Positions 40,176 through 50,724 of a DNA stretch of 64,000 bases are shown piece by piece. Below the pieces are notes generated by a model. That model ran no database searches. It saw only the letters and a list, made by a program, of their open reading frames with translations, and was not told the origin of the DNA. The translations under genes and the position numbers were made by a program. Within the stretch, counting starts at the first letter, position 1; the number at the start of each line of letters is the position of its first letter. Source of the stretch: Vicinamibacterales bacterium (GTDB lineage: Bacteria > Acidobacteriota > Vicinamibacteria > Vicinamibacterales > UBA2999). The stretch spans positions 7,526 to 71,525 of the forward strand of contig DATDOE010000062.1 in NCBI GenBank assembly GCA_035293405.1. Reading direction: 5' to 3'.

Positions 40176-41015
40176 ATGCGAACCCTGCGAACCCGACTTC
40201 TGGCTGCCGCTCTGCTCGGTCTGCTCTTCTCTGCCCGCGCCGAGGCGCAATTCAGGGTGGCCACTCCCGCGTCGGGTGAGAACTTCCACGTCGAGCTTGG
40301 GCTGATGTTCTGGCAGCCGACACCTCAGCTGCTGATTCAAACCGGCGGCCTTGCCGCGCTCGGCCAGACAGAGGTCGACTTCGTTCAGGAGTTCGCCATC
40401 GAGAACAAGCGATTCAAGGAGTTTCGCGGCGTCATCAAGGCCGGGAAGAAGCACAAGCTTCGCGTCAGTCACGTGCTCGCGGAATACAACGAGTCAGCGA
40501 TATTGCGGCGGACGATCTCCTTCGGTGGTCAGACCTTCCCAGTCAGCGTGGCGGCAACGGCCGACCTGAAATGGGAAGTGTGGCGCTTCGGTTACGAGTG
40601 GGATTTCGTCGCCATGGATCGCGGTGTCGTCGGCTTCGTCACCGAGCTGAAACTCAACAAGGTGTCGGCCGACCTCGCGGCACCCGGCTTCGGCAGCGAG
40701 CTCACCGAGGTCTCAGCCCCGATTCCGACGATCGGCATGCTGGCGCGGGTGTACCCGCACAAGACCTTCTCGTTGACCGCGGAGTTCACTGGCTTCAAAG
40801 TGCCGGGCTTCGTCGCCAAGAAGCTGACCGACGCCATTGACGAAGACGTCGAGGCGACGGAGTGGGACCTCGACATTTACGGCACCCTGAACTTCGGGAG
40901 CCATGTCGGCGCGCAACTCGGGTATCGATCGCTGACCGCCGACTATCTCGTCGACGAGGATGCCGGCAACCTGAAGTTGAAGGGGATGTATTTCGGCGGG
41001 CTGGTGCGGTTCTGA
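40176..41015 (+). CDS. Outer-membrane beta-barrel protein
   Basis: Signal peptide, amphipathic strands, terminal YFGGLVRF beta-signal. Confidence 0.75.
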   Translation: MRTLRTRLLAAALLGLLFSARAEAQFRVATPASGENFHVELGLMFWQPTPQLLIQTGGLAALGQTEVDFVQEFAIENKRFKEFRGVIKAGKKHKLRVSHVLAEYNESAILRRTISFGGQTFPVSVAATADLKWEVWRFGYEWDFVAMDRGVVGFVTELKLNKVSADLAAPGFGSELTEVSAPIPTIGMLARVYPHKTFSLTAEFTGFKVPGFVAKKLTDAIDEDVEATEWDLDIYGTLNFGSHVGAQLGYRSLTADYLVDEDAGNLKLKGMYFGGLVRF

Positions 41016-41025
41016 TTCTCCCGCG

Positions 41026-41110
41026 TTGGGTGTTGGCTCTCGGCTCTGGGCTCTGGGCTTTAGGCTTTGGGAGTTGGCATCAGGCGCGGATCGGGAGTTG
41101 GGAGTTGAGT
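41026..41110 (+). repeat. Heptamer array with drifting unit (GGGCTCT to GGGCTTT to GGGAGTT)
   Basis: TGGCTCT CGGCTCT GGGCTCT GGGCTTT AGGCTTT GGGAGTT ... GGGAGTT GGGAGTT. Confidence 0.8.
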
Positions 41111-41844
41111 TAGTCCTTCCTCGCCACCACCAGCAACGAGCTGCCAATCGGCATGGGGATGCGCCGCGCGAGAGCGGCTTCTCCGCTCAGGAGTGCGGTC
41201 AGCAGCGCGTTCACCGGCGCGCTCGGCACCGCGATGTCCGCCGCCGCGTCGTGGGCCCTGAATGGCCGCGACAACCGCTGCACGAAGCGCACGGCGAGCA
41301 TCAGCGGAAACAGCGACGCGAAGACGAAAGCGACCCGCTCGGCGCGAAGACCGGCCGCTTCCACCAGGCGCCGCGCCATCACCGGCGTATAGCGCCTTCG
41401 CTCCTGCCAGGCCTCTGAATGGTCGCCTCGGAGGACCTCGAGCGCCGCCATTGTGACCACGACCGCCCCGCCGGGTTTCACGATACGCGCCATCTCACGA
41501 AGCGCGGCGAGATCGCCATCAATGCACTGCAGCACGTCGAAGGACGTCGCGACGTCGAACACGTCAGACGCGAAAGGGATCTGTGTGACGTCGGCTCGGA
41601 GCACGGTCCACCCGGCCGCACGCGCCCGCGCGAGGCCACCTTCGGCCACGTCAAAGCCCAGCGCCTTTCCATGAGCTCGAAGCAGCCCGATGTTGTGGCC
41701 GTTACCGCATCCGCAGTCGACCAGCATGAGCCGGTCGCGCCCACCGGCGAGATCGTGTAGCACGGGCGCGACGAATTTTCGGAAACCGCGGAACCAGAAG
41801 TGGGCCGCCTCTGCTCGACCCGTCAACTCGAGCAGGTCGTCCAT
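41110..41844 (-). CDS. Class I SAM-dependent methyltransferase
   Basis: HFWF, VDCGCGNG, FDVATSFDVL, RIVKPGG. Confidence 0.9.
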   Translation of the reverse strand: MDDLLELTGRAEAAHFWFRGFRKFVAPVLHDLAGGRDRLMLVDCGCGNGHNIGLLRAHGKALGFDVAEGGLARARAAGWTVLRADVTQIPFASDVFDVATSFDVLQCIDGDLAALREMARIVKPGGAVVVTMAALEVLRGDHSEAWQERRRYTPVMARRLVEAAGLRAERVAFVFASLFPLMLAVRFVQRLSRPFRAHDAAADIAVPSAPVNALLTALLSGEAALARRIPMPIGSSLLVVARKD

Positions 41845-41847
41845 CAA

Positions 41848-44070
41848 TCAGCGGACGGCGGCCAGGCGGGGGTTCTTGCTCAGCAGGCCGGTCCCATACA
41901 GACGCCGGTAATCCTCGGCGGTCCCGAGAATGCGCTTGACGTAGTTCTGCGTCTCCGGGAACGGGATGTTGTCGATGAACTCGTCGGCTGGCAGCCCCGG
42001 CGCCTCGGTCATCCACCGCGCGACACGGTTCTCGCCGGCGTTGTAGCTGGCGAGCGCATAGTGCGCGCCGCCGAATCGATCGACGAGATCCTTGAAGTAC
42101 TGCGCGCCGAGCCGGACGTTGGTTTCCGGCTGGAGCAGCGAGGCCGTGGTGAAGCCTCTCATCCCCAGCTTGCGCGCGTAGATACGCCCGGTCGCCGGCA
42201 TCAGCTGCATCAGACCACGGGCGTTGGCCGACGAGCGAATCTCCGCGGTGAACGTCGACTCCTGCGCCATCAGTGCCGCGATGAGATACGGGTCGAGACC
42301 GTGGAGCTCCGAGTATTTCTCGATGAGCGGCCAGTAGTCGAGCGGAAAGATGATCCGCAGCACATCGGCCGGCAGATCTTCGCCGCCAGCGGCCAGGAAC
42401 TGCGGATAGGCGCGGCGCATCATGGTGATCGCGCCACGTATGGCCACGAATCGATCCTGTGCGCGCAGACCCAGACCCTGCTTGTACCGGATCCATGCCG
42501 CCGTCGCCTGCAGCTGCGGGGTCTCGCCCCACACCCGCTGCGCATACTGCACTTCCTTCAGCGCATCGTCATAGAGCTGCAGTGACGTGAGGTCACGCAT
42601 CAAGGCTTCAGTCGGAGGCCGCTTGACCGGGGCGATGTTGGCGATCACGGTATCGGCGGGATCCGGCATGACCGGCTCGCGCCGTTCGGTGAGAATCTTG
42701 GCCGCGAGCCGCCCGTAGTACGAGTTGTGGTAGTCGGCCACGACCAGCCGGTAGCGCGCATTGGCGGTGAGCGGGTCGTTCAACTGATCGCGCGAACGGC
42801 CGGCCCAGTACAGCCACGCCGGCCGGTTGTCCGCGCGGGGAAACGCGGCGGCGGCCGACTCGAACATCGCCAGGGCCTCGGCAAACTGCCGGTTCCGATA
42901 CGAAGCCCATCCCGCCTTCCATGCCGCACGTTCCGCATAGCGATGCTTCGGGAACCGAAGGGCCAACTCGCGAAACACGCGATCGGCTTCCGCATCCTCG
43001 TCAGCCACCAGATAGAACGAGGCGAGGCCGTTGAGCGTTTCCGCTGCCCACTCACTGTCGGGAAATTCGGCGACGAGCTCCCGGGCCAGCGTGACGAACG
43101 TCTCCTTCTCACCCAGGCCGCGAGCCGCGGCGAGGTTGAAGAACCGCACCTCGGCTTCTCGTGACCAACCCTTCAGGAGTGGCTTCAGCCCCACGCGCGC
43201 CGCACGAAACCGATCGAGGTAGTAGTCACACTCGGCGAGCCTGAGGGCAATCAGATCCTTGTCAGCGCCTTCAGCCGCCTTCGCCAGTGGCTCGAACCCG
43301 GCGCGGGCCTGCGCCCAGCGCCGCGCCGCGAACAGCCGCTCCGCGCGCTCGAGCGCACGGGCGACGAGATCGCCCGGAATGATCGCCGTCGTCTGGAGAC
43401 GCTCGATGCCAGCCTGTGCCTCAATCGCCTGCGTGGTCAGCGCGCTCGTGTAGTAGACCCGGCGGTAGGCCTCGAGGGCGTGGTCGCGGTGGTTGAGGAT
43501 CTCCTCGACGTGCCCGAGCTTCAACAACGCCTCTTCGGGGTTGCTGAGCTCTCCCAACTTGAGACCGCGGAGGACATCTTTGGCACGCTCGGCATCCTGA
43601 CGTGCGAGGGCCACCTCGGCGAGGCGCAGCGGTACCGCTTCTTTCAGGTCGCCTTCGCGGGTGCGGAGATACAGCGCCGAGAACACCGCGTCAGCGTCAG
43701 CAAACTTCGACAGACCAGCGAGGGCCACGCCGGTGTAGTAGCGGGCGTAATCGGCCAGCGGCGTTCCGGTCAACTCAGTGCCGTTCACGAGCGGCAGGCC
43801 GACCGCGAAATCACCACCGGCGATGGCTCTTACACCACGGGCAAATTTCGCGAAGACCTGCGGGTCCGGGCGACGCGCGCCGGCCGACGCGCCGGGCACG
43901 TCCTGCACGAACCAATACTGTGAGAGATCGGCTGGCAGGGGGGCATGCCGCGTCGCGGTCAGCCGCGTCGCCGTCCCCTCACGCCGAGTGAGATCCTCGC
44001 TGGACTGCTGCGCACCCACTCCGTGGAGCAGGGCGACGGCAACCACGAGGGTCATGACGAGCTGTTTCAC
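41848..44070 (-). CDS. slt: Soluble lytic transglycosylase with TPR repeats
   Basis: AQESTF, ARGLMQLMPAT, ASYNAG, ETQNYVKRI. Confidence 0.92.
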   Translation of the reverse strand: MKQLVMTLVVAVALLHGVGAQQSSEDLTRREGTATRLTATRHAPLPADLSQYWFVQDVPGASAGARRPDPQVFAKFARGVRAIAGGDFAVGLPLVNGTELTGTPLADYARYYTGVALAGLSKFADADAVFSALYLRTREGDLKEAVPLRLAEVALARQDAERAKDVLRGLKLGELSNPEEALLKLGHVEEILNHRDHALEAYRRVYYTSALTTQAIEAQAGIERLQTTAIIPGDLVARALERAERLFAARRWAQARAGFEPLAKAAEGADKDLIALRLAECDYYLDRFRAARVGLKPLLKGWSREAEVRFFNLAAARGLGEKETFVTLARELVAEFPDSEWAAETLNGLASFYLVADEDAEADRVFRELALRFPKHRYAERAAWKAGWASYRNRQFAEALAMFESAAAAFPRADNRPAWLYWAGRSRDQLNDPLTANARYRLVVADYHNSYYGRLAAKILTERREPVMPDPADTVIANIAPVKRPPTEALMRDLTSLQLYDDALKEVQYAQRVWGETPQLQATAAWIRYKQGLGLRAQDRFVAIRGAITMMRRAYPQFLAAGGEDLPADVLRIIFPLDYWPLIEKYSELHGLDPYLIAALMAQESTFTAEIRSSANARGLMQLMPATGRIYARKLGMRGFTTASLLQPETNVRLGAQYFKDLVDRFGGAHYALASYNAGENRVARWMTEAPGLPADEFIDNIPFPETQNYVKRILGTAEDYRRLYGTGLLSKNPRLAAVR

Positions 44071-45299
44071 TGAAGACTCCCGATACTCCCGGCCGACCGA
44101 TGGTCCGCTGACAAGGAGGGTGACCCATCGGTCGCCGGCCTCGATGTCATGAGCCCTGCCGCTTGACGAACCGTGATTGCCTCGAGGACTCGCCCTGAGT
44201 GCCTGGCAAGCACATCAAGGAGCGAAGGCCAATCTGGCCTACTCGGATTATCGGCAATCGGGCCGTCGGCATACAGCACAGCCACGACCGTGCCACCTAC
44301 GGCGACCGGCCAGGACACGGCGTGGCGATGGCCGTTTCCGCCGGCGAATGACGGCAATGACTGACCCTCGTCGCCCCAAGACGTCACCCCTTGACCCGAG
44401 CGAACGACCTCGGCCATAGGCCCGGCTTCGTCGAGCCCCATATCGAGCCTCGCCGCGCCGGACTCGGCCTCAAAGCCCACGATGCGGTACTCCCGAAGCC
44501 TATCGCCTTTGACGAGAAACACGACCGCCCGGCCGGCTTCCCGGCCAGCACTCCGGACCAGACTATCGAGCACCTCACCAAGCGTCGAGGCCTCGTCCAG
44601 AACTCGGATTGCGTCCGGCAAACGCGCGGCCTGCGCCAGCCGTTCGTCGGCGCGTCGCACCGCATCGGTCAACTGGCTCAATTCGCGCCGGACGATTTCC
44701 AGCTCATGCTCCGCGGTATCGATTTCAAGGCCCGACGTCTCGATTTCGCGCCGTGCGGCCTCGATGTCGCGCTGCGCGGTTTCCTTCTCTTGCTCGAGGG
44801 TCTCGAGCCGATGCTGGGCGCTCTCGAGTTCCCGCTTCGCGTTGTCGAGTTCGCGGTTCGCGTTGTCTGCTTCGCGCTTCGTGTTGTCCGCTTCTCGCGT
44901 GGCGGTTTCAACCTCACGCTTCGCGTTGTCTGCATCACGCTTCGCGTTGTCTATTCCGCGCTGCGCGTCCTCTTCTTGACGCGTCGCGTTGTCACGGGCC
45001 TCATCGAGCAGGCGTTGAAGCGCAGCTACTTCGGCCGCCGCGCTCGCCTGTCGCTCTTCGACGTCGCGTGCCGCCGCCTCCCGAACCTCGGCGAGCCGCT
45101 CTTCCGCCTCTCGACGTGCGTCGGCGGTGGCGCTTTCGGCAGCCTCCGCAGCAATTCGAGTACCGGCGTCGTTTGCCGCGCGCACGAGACCCTCCTGGAA
45201 GGTGCCGAGCTCGGCCTCCAGATTGCCTCGAATCGAATCGAGTGCGCGGTTCAGTGTGTCGCGGATGTGATCGTCGAGAGCAGACACGGCTGCTCGCAT
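44067..45299 (-). CDS. Coiled-coil protein with C-terminal GAF-like domain
   Basis: ADNAKRE-type heptads; PVAVGGTVVAVLYAD GAF-like motif. Confidence 0.7.
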   Translation of the reverse strand: MRAAVSALDDHIRDTLNRALDSIRGNLEAELGTFQEGLVRAANDAGTRIAAEAAESATADARREAEERLAEVREAAARDVEERQASAAAEVAALQRLLDEARDNATRQEEDAQRGIDNAKRDADNAKREVETATREADNTKREADNANRELDNAKRELESAQHRLETLEQEKETAQRDIEAARREIETSGLEIDTAEHELEIVRRELSQLTDAVRRADERLAQAARLPDAIRVLDEASTLGEVLDSLVRSAGREAGRAVVFLVKGDRLREYRIVGFEAESGAARLDMGLDEAGPMAEVVRSGQGVTSWGDEGQSLPSFAGGNGHRHAVSWPVAVGGTVVAVLYADGPIADNPSRPDWPSLLDVLARHSGRVLEAITVRQAAGLMTSRPATDGSPSLSADHRSAGSIGSLQ

Positions 45300-45359
45300 T
45301 ATAAGGCGGAGCCTAAGCTGCTGAGGGCGAGAAGTTTGGAGGCGGCTCGAGCGCGGAGG

Positions 45360-47114
45360 TCACCGGAAGATCTGATTGAGCCGGGCTTCGCTGACCAGAC
45401 GCACCGAACGCACGCGCCATTGACCGCCGCTCATCACCCAGACCTGCGAAACCGGGGACACGCGCGGTGCGGCCGCATCCTCAGACCGCTCCGTCATCAC
45501 GGCTGTGAGGACCGCCGTATCAGCGGCGATCTGGACGCTGACCTTGTCGAGCGTTCGACTGACCGGGGATGCAGGTGGAAAGCGTTCCTCATTGCGACGC
45601 TCGTCGGCCAGCTGCAGGCCGTCGGTTGAGAGCGCCGCCATGGCCGTGCGATCCTGTCGATGGTACGCATCGAGCCACTGTCGCGACGCGGCGAGGACGG
45701 CGGATTGCGGAGACGAGGGGCCAGGCGGGGTCAATTCCGCGCGTGGCGCCGTGACGGCAGCCGGCTCTCCGCGGTTGACCGGCGACGGACTCGCATCCAG
45801 TGTCGGCGTATTCGGCGGCGGTGCCGCGGCAACAGACTGCACGATCGGCGGCGCCTGCGCAGGTGCCGGCGACGGCGCGGGAGAGGTCGTCGGTCCTTTG
45901 GCCGTCGGCACCGAGGGCAGCGGTGTGGGTCTTGGGGCGATCGGTGTCGGTGCTGGTGCGGCCGGAGCTGGTGCGGCCGGCTTGGGGCCTTCGACGACGA
46001 ATTGGCGGGTCACGACCTGACCCTCGCGGCCAAGCGGCAGCGCCTCGCCCTTGTTCACCGACACGTACACGGCACCTGCGTTGCCAACACGCAGCGCGAC
46101 GCTGCGTTCAGCGGTCACGCGAAACGTCTCGCCTGCCGCAAACGTCCGACCATCGTCCGACTCTCCATCAATCGTCGTTCGAATCCAGGATGGCTTGCGT
46201 GCTTCAACCACGAGCGACAAATCCGACGGTGCGCTCGCGGCCGGCGCGAGTGGATCTGTTGTCGCCGCAGGCGTTGCGACGGCGGGCGCCACCGGCGCGG
46301 ACGCCTTGGATTCAGCCGCGCGCTCGGGACTTGCGGATACGACGTTGGGTGAGCGAAGCCACCACACAGTGCCCAGCACGATGGCGACACCCGCCAGGCC
46401 AAAGAGTGCGATGAACGTCCTCAACGGCCGGCCGGCGGGTACGGGAACCGCTTCACTGGGAAAGGGCGATGAGAGCAGCACCCTCGAGGCCGCCGACGAC
46501 AACAGCGTGGACTGCCCAAACATCGGCGCCGGCATCGACGAGGCAAATATCGGCGCCTGCATCGGCGCGCGTGGCGACGCCGGCGGCGTGGGAGGAGGCG
46601 GAGGCATGATGGCCGGAGTAAGCGGCTGCGGCGAGATCGCCTGAAACGGCACCGTCCGCGCATCCTCGACGAGCGCGTCCATATCCGCGCGAGCCTCGTC
46701 AAGCATGCTCTTTACGGCGTCTTCGGGTGCGAAGACCGCGTCAGACATTTCGCTCGGCGCGGGCAGGAACGTGCCGCGCTCATCGCCATCCTCTAGATCT
46801 GCTTCGTCCCGCCCTTGATTCAAGAGCGCTGTTGGATCCTGCTTGGAGGCTTCGCCGAGGGCCGCCTGTACCTGCGCGGACAGCACGAGAAGCTCGCGCC
46901 GCGCTTCCATGACGATCTGCCGGACGTTCTTGCGCGCGGACGTGACAATCTCCATGGCCTCGCGCTCGGCGGAGCCGCGCACTTCGTCGCGCAGCCGGGC
47001 CAACTCGTCGGCCTGTGCAATCCACGCGTCCCGGCGGACACGGTACTGCTCGATCAGGTCGGGAACCGGCTTGCCTGCCGGCTCCGGGAGTGTCGATTCG
47101 TCGTGATCTGCCAT
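45360..47114 (-). CDS. Membrane protein: coiled coil, TM, RodZ C-terminal-like (DUF4115) and NTF2-like domains
   Basis: SWIRTTIDG, LRVGNAGAV, LGREGQVV; VSQVWVMSGGQWRV. Confidence 0.7.
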   Translation of the reverse strand: MADHDESTLPEPAGKPVPDLIEQYRVRRDAWIAQADELARLRDEVRGSAEREAMEIVTSARKNVRQIVMEARRELLVLSAQVQAALGEASKQDPTALLNQGRDEADLEDGDERGTFLPAPSEMSDAVFAPEDAVKSMLDEARADMDALVEDARTVPFQAISPQPLTPAIMPPPPPTPPASPRAPMQAPIFASSMPAPMFGQSTLLSSAASRVLLSSPFPSEAVPVPAGRPLRTFIALFGLAGVAIVLGTVWWLRSPNVVSASPERAAESKASAPVAPAVATPAATTDPLAPAASAPSDLSLVVEARKPSWIRTTIDGESDDGRTFAAGETFRVTAERSVALRVGNAGAVYVSVNKGEALPLGREGQVVTRQFVVEGPKPAAPAPAAPAPTPIAPRPTPLPSVPTAKGPTTSPAPSPAPAQAPPIVQSVAAAPPPNTPTLDASPSPVNRGEPAAVTAPRAELTPPGPSSPQSAVLAASRQWLDAYHRQDRTAMAALSTDGLQLADERRNEERFPPASPVSRTLDKVSVQIAADTAVLTAVMTERSEDAAAPRVSPVSQVWVMSGGQWRVRSVRLVSEARLNQIFR

Positions 47115-47350
47115 AGAAGTCTCTGCGGCCGGTCGATTGCCCGACCCGGACCTACCAATTTGTGATCTTGCCCCTGGGCCCGGGCAAAGTCGAGGGCGAA
47201 GTGGTGGGTACTCGACGGTTGACCCTACCCCAAGCTGGGCGTATAGGAGTGCCACCTAACTTGTCAGGGCGCCATAAAGCGACAAAAGCGGCTATTTTGA
47301 GCTGTAACGATTCCGGCGGACCCATCACTAGGCTGACGTAGGGGTGGGAG

Positions 47351-48715
47351 ATGCCTGACCGAGCCCGTGTGTCCGCGTTCGTGATTCTGACAACCGTCGG
47401 TGCGCTCGTCGCCGCGGCCCCGGCAGGGGCTCAAGCGCCGTCCGAGCTCGAAGTCCGCTGCGACGCGGGCGATGGTCTTGAGGCGGCGCTCGGGTCCATC
47501 GAGACCGGCGGACGCATCCTCCTCCGCTCGGGCGTCTGCACCGGCAACTTCTCCATTACGCGCGCTGTCCGCATCCAGGGTGAGGGCCTCGATCGTGTGA
47601 CGCTGCAGGCGGCCGATCCGGCGCGGCCTGTCGTCCAGATCTCCGCCGGCATCACGGTCAAGGTTTCGGGCGTCACGATCAGGGGCGGTCACATCGGGGT
47701 CTCGACCGTCGGACGGATCGAGATGACATTCAGCACGGTGGCCGACAACACCGACGCCGGCATCGAGATTCGGGACGGCGGCATGCTCGTCACCGACAGA
47801 GTCCTGGTGACCCGCAACGTCGGGTCCGGCGTCCGCATCATCAACGGCGAGGCGGCGATCTCCGGAAGCGTGATCAGCAAGAACGTCACGGACAGAGCCG
47901 GTGGTGCGGGAGTCCTGGTCGTCGGCGGGCGGGTCGAGATTGCGATGACCCGGTTCGACGAGAACGAATCGGTCAACGACGGCGGCGGGCTGCTCGCCAC
48001 GCGCAAGGGCATCGTCGTGCTCGATCGCGTTCGATTCTTTCGCAACACGACCCGCGTCGGCCAGGGGGGCGGCATCGCTCTGCGTGGCAGCACTGCCGAC
48101 ATCACCGCCAGCAGCTTCTTCGAGAACGCGGCCGACACCGGCAACGGTGGCGGCATCGCCGTGCTCGACAAGAGCGAGCTGCGCCTGACCAATACGACGC
48201 TGGCCTCCAACGTGGCGTCGTTCTCGTTTCCGTCGAGTCCCGGCGGGTCAGGAGGCGGCATGCACGTGGACAGGACGTCCACCGCCTCGCTCGTGCATGC
48301 CACGCTCGTGAACAACTCGGCTCGCCTCGCCGCTGGAATCGCGTCGTTGAACACCGTGACGATGCAGGCGACGCTGCTCGCCGGAAACCTCGGAGCAGTG
48401 GAACCCGGTGAATGCGGCGGCAGCGGCCGGATTGCGTCTCAGGGATGGAACCTCGTGCTGGATCCCGGCGCGTGCCGCTTCATTGCGCGCCCCGGCGACC
48501 TGCTGGGCGCCTCGCCGCTGCTCGGGCCCTACGGCACTTATGGAGGAGCCTGGAACACGGTGCCACTCCGAAGCGCGAGCCCGGCAATCGATCGCGTCCC
48601 CGCCGACCTGTGCCGCCTCGCCGTCGATCAGCGGCTTCGGCCACGGACCACGCCTGCCGGCAAGCGCTGCGCCATCGGCGCGTTCGAGAGACAACCCGAT
48701 GACGTGATTCCCTAG
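47351..48715 (+). CDS. Secreted right-handed beta-helix repeat protein (choice-of-anchor Q-like)
   Basis: Repeated FxxN..GGGI motifs; LGP..YGG, SPAID, DQRL.PR, IGAFE C-terminus. Confidence 0.8.
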   Translation: MPDRARVSAFVILTTVGALVAAAPAGAQAPSELEVRCDAGDGLEAALGSIETGGRILLRSGVCTGNFSITRAVRIQGEGLDRVTLQAADPARPVVQISAGITVKVSGVTIRGGHIGVSTVGRIEMTFSTVADNTDAGIEIRDGGMLVTDRVLVTRNVGSGVRIINGEAAISGSVISKNVTDRAGGAGVLVVGGRVEIAMTRFDENESVNDGGGLLATRKGIVVLDRVRFFRNTTRVGQGGGIALRGSTADITASSFFENAADTGNGGGIAVLDKSELRLTNTTLASNVASFSFPSSPGGSGGGMHVDRTSTASLVHATLVNNSARLAAGIASLNTVTMQATLLAGNLGAVEPGECGGSGRIASQGWNLVLDPGACRFIARPGDLLGASPLLGPYGTYGGAWNTVPLRSASPAIDRVPADLCRLAVDQRLRPRTTPAGKRCAIGAFERQPDDVIP

Positions 48716-49626
48716 TCCCCCAGCTTGGTTCGCGAGGCCCACTGGGCAAGGACTACGCCGGACAAGGCCACGCCTGCGCCGACGGTCTGCCACGCGCTGA
48801 ACAGCTCGTTGAACAGCAACCATCCGAGCGCTCCGGCGACGACCGGCTGGATCAATACGGTCACCGACGCCGTTGCGGGCGGCAGACGGCCAAGTGCCCA
48901 GGCAATCGAGCCCTGACCGGCCACGTGCACGACGCCGAGGCCGACGCACGCGGCCCAGCCTGCGGCCGCGGCGGGAACGATCTGCTCACCGAGGAGGAGC
49001 GCCGCGATCAGCAGCAGCGGCGCGCCGGCGAGTGACGACCAGAACATCACGCGCATCGCTGCATCCCGCCGTCGTGCGGCGCTCACGGCCAGGAAGTAGA
49101 GCGCGTACCAGATCGCAGTGGCGAGCGAGAACGCATCGCCCAGGAGCGGGTTGGGCCCAACCTCGCCCACGCCCTTCGCCACCGCCATGATCCACGCGCC
49201 GGCGACGGCGAGCGCCACCGCCACGAGGAACAGGCCGGCCGGCCGCTGCTTCAAGAAGATCCACGCGACCGCGGTGACCACCACAGGCGTCAGGTTGGTC
49301 AACACCGTCGCCTTGCCCACCGACGTATTGGCGATGCCGTAGTGCCAGAAGCCGAGATCGAGCGCGAACGCGATGCCGGCGAGCCAGGCGTATCGAGAGG
49401 GTCGGCCGATGCCGCCGGCCGACCGTGTTGCCAGCGTCGCGAGCAACGGCAACGAAAAGAGAAGACGCCAGAAGCCGGCAGAGGCCGGGCCCGCCTGGGC
49501 CAGACGGACCAGGATCGGCGCGAGGCCGATCACGCAGGCGCCGGTCAGCAGCGCCAGGAGCGCCCGACCGCGTTCGGTGTCCGCGTGAGCCGGCATCGCG
49601 GTGGAAGTGGACGACGCAGCCAACAT
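48712..49626 (-). CDS. DMT/EamA family transporter
   Basis: About ten TM helices in two EamA repeats. Confidence 0.88.
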   Translation of the reverse strand: MLAASSTSTAMPAHADTERGRALLALLTGACVIGLAPILVRLAQAGPASAGFWRLLFSLPLLATLATRSAGGIGRPSRYAWLAGIAFALDLGFWHYGIANTSVGKATVLTNLTPVVVTAVAWIFLKQRPAGLFLVAVALAVAGAWIMAVAKGVGEVGPNPLLGDAFSLATAIWYALYFLAVSAARRRDAAMRVMFWSSLAGAPLLLIAALLLGEQIVPAAAAGWAACVGLGVVHVAGQGSIAWALGRLPPATASVTVLIQPVVAGALGWLLFNELFSAWQTVGAGVALSGVVLAQWASRTKLGD

Positions 49627-49994
49627 GTCGCGTTGTCAATAGATTGCAGGATCCGTCGATCCCTGGACTGCAATGCTCGACATTCCACCACAATCAAACC
49701 GATCGGCGCTCTAGGAACCGATCAACCCCCTGGCTGTCATGAAGATACGACCTCATTCCTCGCCCACCACGATGACACTCGGACGTGAGATGAGCACTGG
49801 TTCCGACCGTCTGCGATGTTCTGCGGGCGAGAATCGGCGTCGAGAGGGCGAGGATGGACGCGACGGATTGCTCGTGTTCAGAGCTTGCTCAGCCAAATCC
49901 GGCGGCAAGCCCTTCGCGCCTCGTGATGGATTGAGTAATCGACACGCATTTTGCGGCCAGTTGTTCAATCCCGGGCATTTGACTGGCGGCGCAA

Positions 49995-50013
49995 TGTCGT
50001 ACAAAATGTTACA
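49995..50013. promoter_or_regulatory. Putative TA autoregulatory operator
   Basis: Tandem palindromes TGTCGTACA and TGTTACA just before the antitoxin ATG. Confidence 0.5.
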
Positions 50014-50014
50014 C

Positions 50015-50272
50015 ATGGCCAAGACGTCGACGATCTCCATTCGCGAGCTTCAGCAGAACTTGAAGTCGGTGATGCAACGAGTCGAGCGAGGGCAGGTCAT
50101 TGAAGTCACACGCCGACGCCGCGCAGTGGCACGCCTCAGTCCCCTCGCTCAAACGGATCGTCCGGCCTCACCGTGGCCCGACCTCAATGCGCGGGCTCGA
50201 GGCGTGTTTGGTGACCGCGTGATCGCGCCGTCCGGCTCTGAGGTCGTTATTGGGGACCGCGGTGACCGGTGA
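50015..50272 (+). CDS. Phd/YefM family antitoxin
   Basis: TISIRELQQNLKSVMQRVERGQVIEVTRRRRAVARL. Confidence 0.88.
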   Translation: MAKTSTISIRELQQNLKSVMQRVERGQVIEVTRRRRAVARLSPLAQTDRPASPWPDLNARARGVFGDRVIAPSGSEVVIGDRGDR

Positions 50273-50724
50273 CGACCTACGTTGATTCGAGGGCCCTGGT
50301 GGCGGTGTATGTGTCCGAGCGCTTTTCATCTACAGCTCGCCGCGCCGTTCAGGCCGCCTCGCAGGTGCCGTTCACGCATCTACACGGCCTGGAGGTTTTG
50401 AACGCCTTCGAATTGCTGGTGGGCCGTGACGCGATGACGCGCGACGAATGCCGCGCGGTCCAAGACCAGCTCCAAGACGATCTTGCAAGCCAGCGTCTCG
50501 TCCGTCTCGCGCTCGATCTCGATCAAGTGTTCACAAATGCGTCTGAGCTGTCGCGTGCGTACACAGCGAAGACGTTGACGCGCAGCGTGGACCTACTGCA
50601 CGTCGCCGCATCGCATCTTGCGATGTGCACGACTTTCGTATCCGCAGATGATCGACAGCTCGCAGTCGCGAAGGCGACCGGTCTGAAGGTTATCGACATC
50701 AAGAGCCGCACCCGCGGCCGATAG
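50269..50724 (+). CDS. vapC: VapC/PIN-domain toxin
   Basis: YVDS, LEV, RSVDLLHVA, FVSADDRQ; GTGA overlap with the antitoxin. Confidence 0.88.
   Translation: MTTYVDSRALVAVYVSERFSSTARRAVQAASQVPFTHLHGLEVLNAFELLVGRDAMTRDECRAVQDQLQDDLASQRLVRLALDLDQVFTNASELSRAYTAKTLTRSVDLLHVAASHLAMCTTFVSADDRQLAVAKATGLKVIDIKSRTRGR

Noticed and set aside
45336-45346. TTGGAGGCGGC match to the att core
   Set aside because: Only 11 bp, lacks the T-loop part and lies between host genes; likely chance
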